The translations under genes were made by a program, and so were the position numbers. Of a stretch of 64,000 bases of DNA, positions 1 through 11,431 are shown piece after piece. The stretch is from Octopus sinensis (taxonomy: Eukaryota), in the NCBI RefSeq assembly GCF_006345805.1, contig NC_042998.1, forward strand, positions 930,001-994,000, in the 5' to 3' direction. The notes beneath the pieces are model-generated. The model made no database searches, was not told the DNA's origin, and saw only the letters and a list, made by a program, of their open reading frames with translations. Positions within the stretch are counted from its first letter, which is position 1, and every line of letters starts with the position of its first letter.

Positions 1-40
1 TGAGAGCCACTGCTAGGTACTGCATCAGGGCAGTATTTTT

Positions 41-52
41 TATTATTATTTA

Positions 53-114
<62 letters not shown>

Positions 115-142
115 ATTATTATTATTATTGTTATTATTATTC

Positions 143-192
<50 letters not shown>
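41..192. repeat. (ATT/TAA)n microsatellite
   Basis: Near-perfect ATT run abutting the 3' end of the RLE element. Confidence 0.95.
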
Positions 193-944
193 TAGTAGTT
201 TTATTTTTATAGCGTGCTTTCACTTCACTACCGAGCGCAGCTCTGTGTGCCTTGGGTATGTGCTGTGATTTGTTGTGATGCTCTGATGGTTATTGTATGG
301 AAAGTGTTCTGCGTAGGATGTGTGCAGTGCCTAGTAGTGCAATTTTCTGTATGTTATATGTGTTTGTAAGTCCTGATGTTTTTGTTATGTATTTGTCTGA
401 ATATTTTTTATCATGCCTAATGCACCTACTATGATAGGAATTGTTTCTGTTTTCAGATTCCACATTCTAGTTACCTCTATTTCCAGGTCTTTGTATTTTG
501 AGAGTTTCTCCATTTCTTTTAGAGACACGTTGTCATCTGCCGGTATTGATACATCAATTAGAAAGCATTTTTTTTCTTCATGATCTCTGACAACTATATC
601 TGGTCTGTTGGCCTTAATTTCTCTATATGTGTGTATCGGCATATCCCAAAGTATGGTTGCTTTCTCGTTTTCTGTGACCTTTTCTGGTGTGTGCCTATAC
701 CATCTTTTTTCTGTTGTTATTCCATAATGTTGGCATAGCTTCCAATGTATGTAGGTTCCAACTCTGTCATGTCTGTGAATATATTCCTTCTTAGCCAGGA
801 CTGGGCAGCTAGAGATAATATGATTTATTGTTTCTTGTCCATCTCCACATATTCTGCAGTTACTTGTAATATTTCTTTTCATTACATGGTTTTGGTAATT
901 TCTGGTGGGGAGGCTTTGGTCTTGTGCTGCAATTAAAAATCCCT
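193..944 (-). mobile_element. 5'-truncated R4/Dong-like non-LTR retrotransposon, subfamily A (RLE domain + 3' UTR)
   Basis: ORF 385-882 has a CCHC knuckle (CRICGDGQETINHIISSC), RHD motif and PD..D..K nuclease (RPDIV..IDVSIP..EKLSKY). One frameshift near the C-terminus. TAA repeats on both sides. Confidence 0.9.
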
Positions 945-966
945 TATTATTATTATTATTATTATT

Positions 967-3672
967 CTATGTTTGACTTTTGCTTTATATTTGTACAAGT
1001 TGGCTCCAAGTCTCACCCAGAGACCTCAAGAGACAACAGGGTTGGAAGTTCATGTTGTTGTTATGCCTAGTGTGCCATATATTTGGGGGGTGGGGATGTT
1101 GTACTAATGAATGTCTAAGAAAAAAAAGTTTTTTTTTTCTTTTTTTTTTTTTTTTTTAAACCGAAAATTATGGTTGTTTGAAACCTTGAGGTTACATAGA
1201 GAGTATTTTGCGTAGGATATGAGCAGTTCCTATGAGCACTATCTTTTGAACTTCTGCCATATTTGGGTTTCCTGGTATCTGAGTTAGGTAGCTATCAGCC
1301 CCTTTTGCTATCATTCCCAGGGCACCTATGACAACAGGTATTGTTTTAGTCTTCAGCTTCCACATTTTGCTGATTTCTATTTCAAGATCTTTATATTTGC
1401 TCAGTTTTTGGTAGGTCCTGACAGATACGTTTATATCGATTGGGACAGTCATATCAATGAGGAGGCATGTTCTTTGTTTGAAGTCTTTCAATATGATGTC
1501 TGGCCTATTTGCATCTATCTTCCTGTCAGTTTGAATGGTGAAGTTCCAGAGGAGTGAGATGTGGTCATTTTCAAGCACTGGGGGTGGTTTGTGTTCCCAC
1601 CAGTTTTTTTCATGGGGCAAATCCAGGTTTTTACAGATTACCCAGTGAATATATTGTGCAGCTCTATCGTGCCTGTTGAGATACTCTGTAGGCGCTAGAA
1701 GACTGCACTTGGAGACCACGTGGTCAATGGTTTCATTTTGTTGCTTGCATACACGACACGTTGGACTGCTTCTGATCTTTAATATGTTGGCCTGGTAGTT
1801 TTTCTGTTGGTAGGCATTGATCATGAGCTGCTATGATAAACCCCTCTGTTTCAGATTTTAAGCCAGAGGCCATTAGCCATTGATGGGTCAGGGCTTTGTC
1901 GATATCTGCATTATTCGCTCTCTTTGTGTATTTGCCATAGAGAGGTTTTTCTTGCCATTTATTATTCAGAATATCTAAGGCCGCAGTTTTGGCACGGGTT
2001 TTCATGCGCCTAGCTTTTTCTGTGCTTGTTTCTTGTATGTCTATCTCTAATTCCGAAATTGGTTGTATTCGGAATTCACTTAGATATTCCTTTGCCTGTT
2101 TTGTGACTGAGTATGATGCTTTCTTGTTTTCATGTTTTGAGACAAGTTTTAACATCCAGTCCTCAGAGTTTTTCAGGTAGGTGTCTAGGCCAATTGTAGC
2201 AATCTTCATTGTTATTGCCAGTTGCAAAAGACCACGGCCTCCCTCTTTTCTTGGCAGATAGAGTCGTTCTGTATCTGCCTTAGGGTGGTGCATTCTATGC
2301 ATTGTCAACAGTTTCCTTATTTTTCTGTCGAGCTGACATATTTCAGTAATTGACCAGTTAACAATATTGAAACTGTAAGTCACGACTGGTATAGCTAATG
2401 CATTGATTGCTTCGATCCTGTTTCTTGCATTCAGCTCTGTCTTGAGTATTGCTCTCACTCTTCGATAGCATTCTCTCCTGATCCTTTCCTTCATCTCTGA
2501 ATGCCTTATTCCGTTCCCTTCAATTACCCCTAGGTACTTGTAGCTCTCCGCTGGGTCTAGTTCTTTTATGACATTCTGTTGGTCAAGGTTAACGTTAGAT
2601 TTTTCTGTCATTTTTCCTTTGATAAAGGTAGCCTTTGCACATTTATCGAGGCCGAATTGCATTCTGATGTCGTCACTGAATTGTTTGACTATCGCTAGTA
2701 AGCCCTTGAGTTGTTGATCATTTTTTGCAAAAAGCTTTAAATCATCCATGTAAACGAGATGATTTATATTTTTATCAAAACATTTTATACCCGTACTGCG
2801 CGTCATTGAGCAGCTTTGAGAGAGGTATTAAGGATAAACAAAAGAGGAGTGGTGACAGTGAGTCACCCTGGAAAATGCCACACGAAATTTTTACATCACC
2901 AGCATTTAGGGATTCACTGTCACTGTTCAGAGTTAGTGTGGTTCTCCATGATCTCATACTTACAGTCAAGAAGTTTCGCAGAGTTGGTGCTATCTTATAC
3001 ATTTCAAGGCATTTCCTAATCCAGCTATGTGGTAGGCTATCAAAAGCCTTTTTATAGTCTATCCAGGCTATTGATAAGTTTTTGTGTCGTTTGTGACAAT
3101 CTTCTAAGATCATCTTATTGATGAGTAGTTGGTCTTTACAGCCGTAGGATCCACGTTTACATCCTTTCTGTTCATTAGGGAATATGCTGCTGTCTGTTAA
3201 AAAACTATAGGTATATTCCGTCAGGACAGATGTTAGTGTTTTGTACATAGTTGTTAAGCAGGTTATGGGTCTATAGTTTTTTGGTTCATTTGTTTCTTCA
3301 CTTTTTGGAAGCAGGAATGTTAACCCATTAGGAGGCATCCTACTAGGGTGTTGCAAAACATCATTGTACAGTTCTGTTAGCAGTTCATGGCTCTCTGGGA
3401 AGGCATTCAGCCAGAAGTTAGGAATTTTATCCTTTCCTGGAGACTTCCATTTGCTTGACCTCCTGAGAGCAGATCTTATATCTTCTACCTTGACACCCTC
3501 CCACTTTTGCTCTTCTACGGGGTCCAGTTCTGTAGATATTCTGTCAATCCAGGGGGCCTTTTCGTTGTGTGTTTTTTCTTCTGCCCAGATTTTATTCCAA
3601 AATCTCTGCACTTCTTCTTTTGATGGTACAGACCCTGCAGTAAACGCTGTTTTTCCTATCTTCCTGTAAAAA

Positions 3673-3675
<3 letters not shown>
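967..3675 (-). mobile_element. 5'-truncated R4/Dong-like non-LTR retrotransposon, subfamily B (RT + RLE), frameshifted
   Basis: ORF pieces 2775-3611, 1733-2806 and 1192-1824 give RT motifs (NYRPITCL, DYKKAFDS, QGDSLSPLLF, YMDDLK), then CRVC..H..C, RHD and RPDII..D..K. Two frameshifts. Confidence 0.92.
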
Positions 3676-3785
<110 letters not shown>

Positions 3786-4001
3786 ATTATTATTTAGAGG
3801 AAAATAACAATGCTATTTTTCTCTTGTAATCTCTAAATTAGAGACGTAATACTTCGAAGGAACATACATTCAAACCCTTGATACAATGCACTGGTGGACA
3901 TGTTTCGTCTCTTGCTCATGGGTAAAATTGATTTTCAGTTAAAGCGATATTGTTATTTGTTTCTGAGTATAATTAATTCTTTCGGGTTAAAAAAACCAGC
4001 A

Positions 4002-4041
<40 letters not shown>

Positions 4042-4188
4042 CACACACACAGAGTATGGGGGTTTAGTTCACAAGTGATCTAAATTATTAGGCACGCTAA
4101 GTAAATGCTGTAACGGATTACTAGGGCTCCAAGGTTACAGCCGAGACGGTAGCTATGGAGCCATTAAAGATTTCCGATGCAGTGGATT

Positions 4189-4345
4189 TATAATTGTTAA
4201 AGAGGGCAACAGACATTAAGGCAAGACAAACATCTCAAGTCGTCTACAGAAACAGGTGTAAGACTTCGAATATTTTCCAATAATAATAATATTGTATACG
4301 ACTTTAGATGTTTGCCTTGCCTTAATGCTTGTTGTCCTCTTTAAC

Positions 4346-4352
<7 letters not shown>
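4189..4352. mobile_element. Foldback/MITE-like inverted repeat
   Basis: ~60-bp arms (4189-4248 and 4293-4352, TAATTGTTAAAGAGG...) with a few mismatches; TA at both ends. Confidence 0.6.
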
Positions 4353-4393
<41 letters not shown>

Positions 4394-5689
4394 TATATAT
4401 ACATATGCATATATTAGATAAATATATATGTGTATATATTACACACACACGCACGCGCACACGCACGCACACACGCACGCGCACACGCACGCGCACACGC
4501 ACATATGTATATATGTACACATCAAGAAACAAAATAGCACTACACAATGCAATTTTAAAAACGCAGTACAATAAAATAAATAGATAAGAAATTATTGCAT
4601 TTAATATTTTTATTCGTATCGGACATCTTGGATATAGAAAGTGCAGAGAAAATCCGGCAGTAATCGAAAATTTGTTATTAAGTTGTATTCATAGAACCTC
4701 TCTGAAATAGCTTGTACATTGAAAATTTCAAGGAATACACGGATAATTGATAATTAAATTAACAGTCGTGAAGATATCGAAACTAGAGAACCCATTACTG
4801 GACTCTTGATTGTAATTGTCCTCTGCGTATCAACTCATTATTGTGAGATTAAATTCGTGCTGTTAGTTGACCCTTGCATTCCTCGCAGAATAGATAAGTA
4901 CCAGCAATTTAGTCAAGTAGATGTGGTCTCTTCCTGCGTCACGAATAAATTTGATCTTGTATGAATGGACTCAAGTATCGATTTCGACGAATAAATACGC
5001 CAGTTATTCAATCAATACAACTACCTACTCATTTGCTTAATGCTTAAGTGACGAAGTATTCCACAGAATCTCGTAGTCATAGCGTAATTTTCAAGTAGAT
5101 ACAGCGAGACAGTACGTTTCAAGGATGGACCTTCGAATTACAGCAATAGTTTCCATCTAACCAGTTTCACTAAAATGGCTTGGCTTGAATAGCCTAAAGA
5201 AATAATTCATTAATTATCATTTGTCGTTTATTAATTGCAAAACTGATAATTTTAGTCGGCATTTGTTAATTTTAAACAGTACAACGAAAAATTTAATCAA
5301 ATTACATTATTAAATTGTCGATGTAAATTTGAAAATTCGAAAAAAAAAAATTAAATGAAATGACAAAATATAACATGGACACATTGCTGAACTTTTTCAA
5401 AATATGTTCATTTTAGTTGTTATTAAGCCATTTATCGTACATAGATCCCATACAAAATACATTCTCAACTTTAATTTAAACATCAGTGCTTCTGGAATGA
5501 ATTATCACATTGTCATATTATTTATTAGCTCATTAGCATTTAAACCGGCCAAATCTAATTCAAATATTCGACCTGTTTTATGTTCAAACTTGTCAGATTT
5601 GGTGTCTCACTCCTTCCTTAAAGATTTACTTTCATTTTCCCATGTAATAAGAAACATTTGTTTGAATAAAGGGAATATGGATTTTATTA

Positions 5690-5724
5690 CCACTTTTTAA
5701 TGCCTACTTACTTTTCCCCCACCC

Positions 5725-5728
<4 letters not shown>
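5690..5728. mobile_element. Possible Tc1/mariner terminal inverted repeat remnant
   Basis: Ends ...CCCACCCTG|TA, the same type of end as the maT element at 56004; no partner end found. Confidence 0.35.
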
Positions 5729-5785
<57 letters not shown>

Positions 5786-5787
5786 TA

Positions 5788-5824
<37 letters not shown>

Positions 5825-5865
5825 TTGTGTGTAGTCATTCGTTCATATATCCGAAAAAATGCACA

Positions 5866-6077
5866 CTGGCAGAATCGTTAGCACGCCGGGCAAAATGTTT
5901 AGCGACATTTCGTCCGTCTTTACGTTCTGGCTCCAAGTACTACCAGGGTCAGCTTTGCCTTTCATCCTTTCAGGGTTGATAAAATAAGTACCAGTTGAGT
6001 ACTAGGGTCGGTGTCATCGACTTAGTACCCATCTCGAAATTGCTGGCCTTATGTGCCAACATTTGAAACCAATATTC
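5866..6077 (+). mobile_element. tRNA-derived SINE, family S1
   Basis: A-box-like head CTGGCAGAATCGTTAGC, body GCTTTGCCTTTCATCCTTTC and tail GCTGGCCTT..TTTGAAACCAATATT shared with about 20 copies in the window. Confidence 0.85.
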
Positions 6078-6515
6078 TTAATAAAAATTGAAATAAACAA
6101 TATTAGTCCATTCATTTATCTCTCTACCTTCGTAGCCTACTCTTCTTCTTAGATTCAAAGGGTCAAAAGGTCAGAGTCTTCAGACACCCTCTTCAGAGGA
6201 TACGTCGGAAGAAATCCTCAGCAAAGGATCCGGCTGGTTCTCTCTGTGGCACCAAATGAAGCTATGGATATTATCCAATGGTTTCGATCGCGGCCAAGCC
6301 TAGAACACCCCAACAAGTTGGCTTATCCGTAAACTCTGTCCTGCAATTCTTTCGTCAAACATTCCCTTTAGTAGATAAGAAGCTAATTTAGCAGAAATTC
6401 AGAAGTTAACCAGAGAATACGTATGCTGGTATGGTTTACTAAATGGTGTGCAAGTGGAATCATAAAACTGTCAGCAGATCCTCATGCTTAGGCAGCTATG
6501 ATGTATAATAGACGT

Positions 6516-6551
<36 letters not shown>

Positions 6552-6584
6552 TTATAGATATTTCTCAAGTATCAGAGCTGTAAC

Positions 6585-6741
6585 CAATGCTGGATTTAGG
6601 ACAAATGAGGGCCTGTGCAAGTTAAGTTATGAGGCCCCTTATTTAGACCGGGCCCCGTTGACCAAGGGCCCCTTACAGGGTACCTGGTTAACGGGGCCCT
6701 GTACTTTAGCAAACCATAGCACAATGGTAAATTTGGCACTG
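6585..6741. mobile_element. hAT-like MITE with 8-bp TSD
   Basis: Imperfect TIRs CAATGCTGGATTTA / TAAATTTGGCACTG; flanks GCTGTAAC (6577-84) and GCTGTGAC (6742-49); internal 15-bp inverted repeat GGGCCCCGTT(G/A)ACCA. Confidence 0.65.
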
Positions 6742-7507
6742 GCTGTGACCTACAAATTCAGATAAGTAACGGCTTGACCTAGAGCGATTCCCTGATCTCT
6801 AAGTTACGCACGTTTACAAGTAATGTTACCTGAGCAACCTGCTTCAGAGAAACCCCATTTCTTCTGCTTGTATTCGAGATCGTATTCTTTCGATTGCTGT
6901 GATATAATAACTCACTAGATCGTAAAAAGAATAATTGAAGAAAAATAAATATTTAAGAAATTGTATTAAACTAAATAAAAAGAAAAACAACAAAAACAAA
7001 CAAAAATATATTTTGTTTCTTTATTTTGCAACTAAAATCGTATTGCTATACTAATTGAATTATGACAAGAAAATCCCGATATATAAAGTGAGACTTTGCA
7101 TCCTGTAAAAAAAATGAAGAACGCTGCTACATTTTGGCAATTGAATACCTTTTATATAGTAAACAGCATATTTAATAATCCATGTTGCTTATGTAAACAT
7201 ACTTAACCTTTCTATGAAGATTTTTGTGGGGTTACAGAGATTTGATGCTCAGTAACTCGAGAATAACGATTTGGATAAGCATTCGGCTTACGTTCAATCA
7301 ATTACAGCTGCTCACGTGGGATTTTTAACTCGGAGTTAAATCCTTGGAGGCTTATCTGCAAAATTAAACACATATAAAGGCTTGCGAAGGATATATGCTT
7401 CTGCTACCACAACAGCTACTGCTGCTATTTTTGCTGCTGCTACTGCTGCTACTGCTGCTGCTGCTACTGCTACTACTACTACTACTACTACACTACTACT
7501 ACTACTA

Positions 7508-7538
<31 letters not shown>

Positions 7539-7539
<1 letters not shown>

Positions 7540-8110
7540 CGGTACGGTCACAGCTGTCACTCCTGCTGCTGAATAAAAGCGCAATCTCCTCTTACACCTA
7601 CGACTTCCACTATTTTCACAATTACTCTAACTAAAAATGAAGTCTCTTGTATACTGCAATGTCTACTACTAATACTTCTACTAATTAGCTTGATAGAACG
7701 ACCATCACCACCACCACCACTACTACTACTACTACTACTGAGGAATTTCAACCGTGTTTCGTGGTCTGCTACCACAACAGTTCCTTTATAGAATCCAGTT
7801 AACTCAAGACATCATCAGGAGGAACCACGTCCGGTTTCGGCCCCTACTCCTCTACCGTTTTGAAGTGGCACCCCCTCCCCCTTTCGGAGGTGTCTTCAGC
7901 TCTGGTGTTGGGTGCGTGTCTTCTTTCTTCTTTCTCCTTCTTTCTTCTGTTCCCTGGCCTCTTCGATGTAGCGTCAACGAGTGTCAGCGGGCGACTGTTT
8001 TGTCAAATTTTCCCCTTTAAATACCTGCTGCAAGGCTCCAGAAGGCAGCCCCAGCAAGTCGTCACGTGACACTGTCTCAACTTTAACTGACTACTACTAC
8101 TACTACTACT

Positions 8111-8190
<80 letters not shown>

Positions 8191-8740
8191 CGGTACGGTC
8201 ACAGCTGTCACTCCTGCTGCTGAATAAAAGCGCAATCTCCTCTTACACCTACGACTTCCACTATTTTCACAATTACTCTAACTAAAAATGAAGTCTCTTG
8301 TATACTGCAATGTCTACTACTAATACTTCTACTAATTAGCTTGATAGAACGACCATCACCACCACCACCACTACTACTACTACTACTACTGAGGAATTTC
8401 AACCGTGTTTCGTGGTCTGCTACCACAACAGTTCCTTTATAGAATCCAGTTAACTCAAGACATCATCAGGAGGAACCACGTCCGGTTTCGGCCCCTACTC
8501 CTCTACCGTTTTGAAGTGGCACCCCCTCCCCCTTTCGGAGGTGTCTTCAGCTCTGGTGTTGGGTGCGTGTCTTCTTTCTTCTTTCTCCTTCTTTCTTCTG
8601 TTCCCTGGCCTCTTCGATGTAGCGTCAACGAGTGTCAGCGGGCGACTGTTTTGTCAAATTTTCCCCTTTAAATACCTGCTGCAAGGCTCCAGAAGGCAGC
8701 CCCAGCAAGTCGTCACGTGACACTGTCTCAACTTTAACTG

Positions 8741-8791
<51 letters not shown>

Positions 8792-8792
8792 G

Positions 8793-8831
<39 letters not shown>
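7539..8831. repeat. Tandem duplication, 651-bp period, bounded by (CTA)n
   Basis: 7539-8090 matches 8190-8741 with no difference I could see; duplicated ORFs in the track are offset by 651. Confidence 0.95.
7738..8090 (-). mobile_element. ~350-bp insert in a (TAG)n tract, possibly a Penelope-like pseudo-LTR (second copy 8389-8741)
   Basis: Minus strand reads GTCACGTGAC, TATTTAAAGGGG, then two CTGA(A/T)GA...GAAAC motifs; helices are imperfect. Confidence 0.4.
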
Positions 8832-8832
<1 letters not shown>

Positions 8833-9359
8833 CGGCACCACCACCGTACGGCTTTTCCTAACAATACAAACCAATGCTATAGTGAACAATTAATTTAATT
8901 AATCTCCTACATCTCCTATTTTCTTTTTTGCATGACTATATATATTTTAACATTTGAAACCTGTAGCAAGTTTTGAAAAGATTTAAATATTTCGTCCCGT
9001 TTAGCCCTTTGTTTCTAAAATAGATGTTCTTGTGTGAAATTTCATTTCTTCAATATATATATGTGTGTGTGTGTGTGTGTATGTGTGTGTGTGCATGTGT
9101 GTGTATGTATGTATGTTATATATATATATATATATTATATATATATATACGTATGTATGTATGATATACATATATATATATATATATATATAATATATAT
9201 ATATAAAATTAGAAAATGGAGAAAACCACAGACTAGCAGACATCGATTGGACCACATTTATAGCTTATTTTTTAATACAAAGCATGACATAACAAAATAG
9301 GTGACGTAACATATCTTACGGCCATTACTGATCGGATTGCCAAAATGCAGTCTTTAAAT

Positions 9360-10330
9360 AAATGCAAGAATAAATTCCTTCATCTTCATAGGCAAAGGAT
9401 CTTCATTTTGATTTAAGGTAACTTTTCTTCTATTAACAATCTGCCTGTGGACCCGGCATTAATTGTACCGGTATAGTGCCATTATATTCCTTTTAATTGG
9501 TTTATAATAATAGGAACAATATTACTTTAGTGACTATGTAATATTTATGAAGCATATTTAGGACACTGTTGAGGTAGTTTCATTATTTGATATTATTTCA
9601 TCATGTGACTTGGCATTAAATATTATCCGCCTAATTGCAAGTGCCTTTTTATTCGTGCATTGTAGAACACATATAAGATGGATTGTTCTTGCGTACCTGT
9701 ATATATCTAATTATTACCACAATTCGCTATATACGAGGTTCAGCCCAATTTCATTCTCTAATTGAACCGCTGAATTACCTTCCCTTAACTACCATCTCGT
9801 AGATTCCCCAACTCTTCACTCATGCATGTTATAACGTTAAAATGCTGACTGACATAAACAGCTCACACTATCTATTCATTGACTTCTCCTCCGTATCTGT
9901 TTTCCCTTTTTCTTTTCTTGTTTTTTTTTTCATAAACAAATCCTTTGTAACGGTTTTAACTAGTGCTCTCGATTCAAATTGTAACTGACCAATTGTACAG
10001 ACTGCTGGACTTAGACTTGCCCAATTGTGGACCATGGGTCGGACTCTCGGTATTAATTTCTGTAAATTTTTCTTAAGCACCCAACGATAATTATTTACTT
10101 TTACTTTAATTTACTCCGTTAGCATAGCTACTGCCCTTTGACAATTCATGTTAGTATTTTCCTTATATATAATTTCTTGATAACTTCATTTTTAAACATC
10201 CTGACTCCCACCTTCAAATTGCACCTATCCGTTAATAAATTGTAGTATTCCCTAGACCATTACTAACTCACTTTTTTACCTATGGACCCTGTGACCCCTG
10301 ATGATAAATTATTTGCTCTTAACATATTGG
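9360..10330 (-). pseudogene. Possible highly decayed retroelement coding remnant
   Basis: Complex purine-rich minus strand with short protein-like stretches (PRVRPMVHNWASL...); no diagnostic motif recognised. Confidence 0.2.
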
Positions 10331-11431
10331 ATTTCTAAGCCATGTTTTCTTTCCTTCTTCCCTTTGTTTATATTGTCTTTTACTCTTATGAAGATCCGTT
10401 GGCTTTATTCGAATACCCTATGAAGATGAAGATCTTTATTCTTGCATTTATTTATAGATTACATTTTGGAAACCGATCGGTAACGGCCGTAAGACATGTT
10501 GCGTCACCTATTTTGTTGTGTCATACTTTGTATTAAAAAATAAACTATAAATGTGGTCCAATCGATGTGTTTGTTAATCTGTGGTTTTCTCCATTTTCTA
10601 ATTATTTGTATTTGGTTCCTGATAAACTTTGTTGTAGATACACTAACAAGAATCTTTCATATCAAAGTGAAAGGTATCCTACAGTATCTCTATGCAAGCG
10701 TACACAAAATGGTATGCGAATATCAGAGATATAAAAGCGTAGAATTAATCTTGTGATGCAGAACAATGGCCTTAAATGTTACTGATTTGTTTTCTGTCAC
10801 TAGCTCCGCCTTATGTTCGCAGCCCAGAAGATATGTTTCTCAAAATGTTTCGTCCATACACCTATAAGTATCCAGTACAGTTTAACTCTGGTAGACGTAG
10901 CAAGATAAGATACTCAACAATGATAAATTACAGCAAAACATGTAATACTGAGTTTTTTTCATCTCTTATTCATTCTTTTTCTTATTATTGTATTTACTGT
11001 TTAAAGCGGTGGAAGGCGGTGACCTGGAAGAATCGTTAACACACCGCAGACAAAAATGCTCATCGACTTTGCTTTCTGCATTCAGGTGCCACCGCGATCA
11101 ACTTTGCACTTCATCCTTTTGGGTTCAATGAATAAAGTACAAGGTGAGTACAGGAGTAATCGACTTTCCTCTTCCTTCAAAAACTGTGTTAAGAATTAGT
11201 AAGAATTATTAAAAGGCAATGGATTAGCAGAAATGTAAGTGCGTCGATCGAAATACCTTACAGTATTTGTTTCGGCTCCTTATCTTGTAAGTTCAATTCC
11301 TGTCAAGGTCAATTCTGTATTTTATTCTTCGGAGATCGATAAATAAAGGTACCATTGAAGTACTGGATTTCGATGGTACCGACTAACCTCTCCTCTTTAA
11401 GTTGCTGCCCTCGTGCCTATATCAAGAGCCA

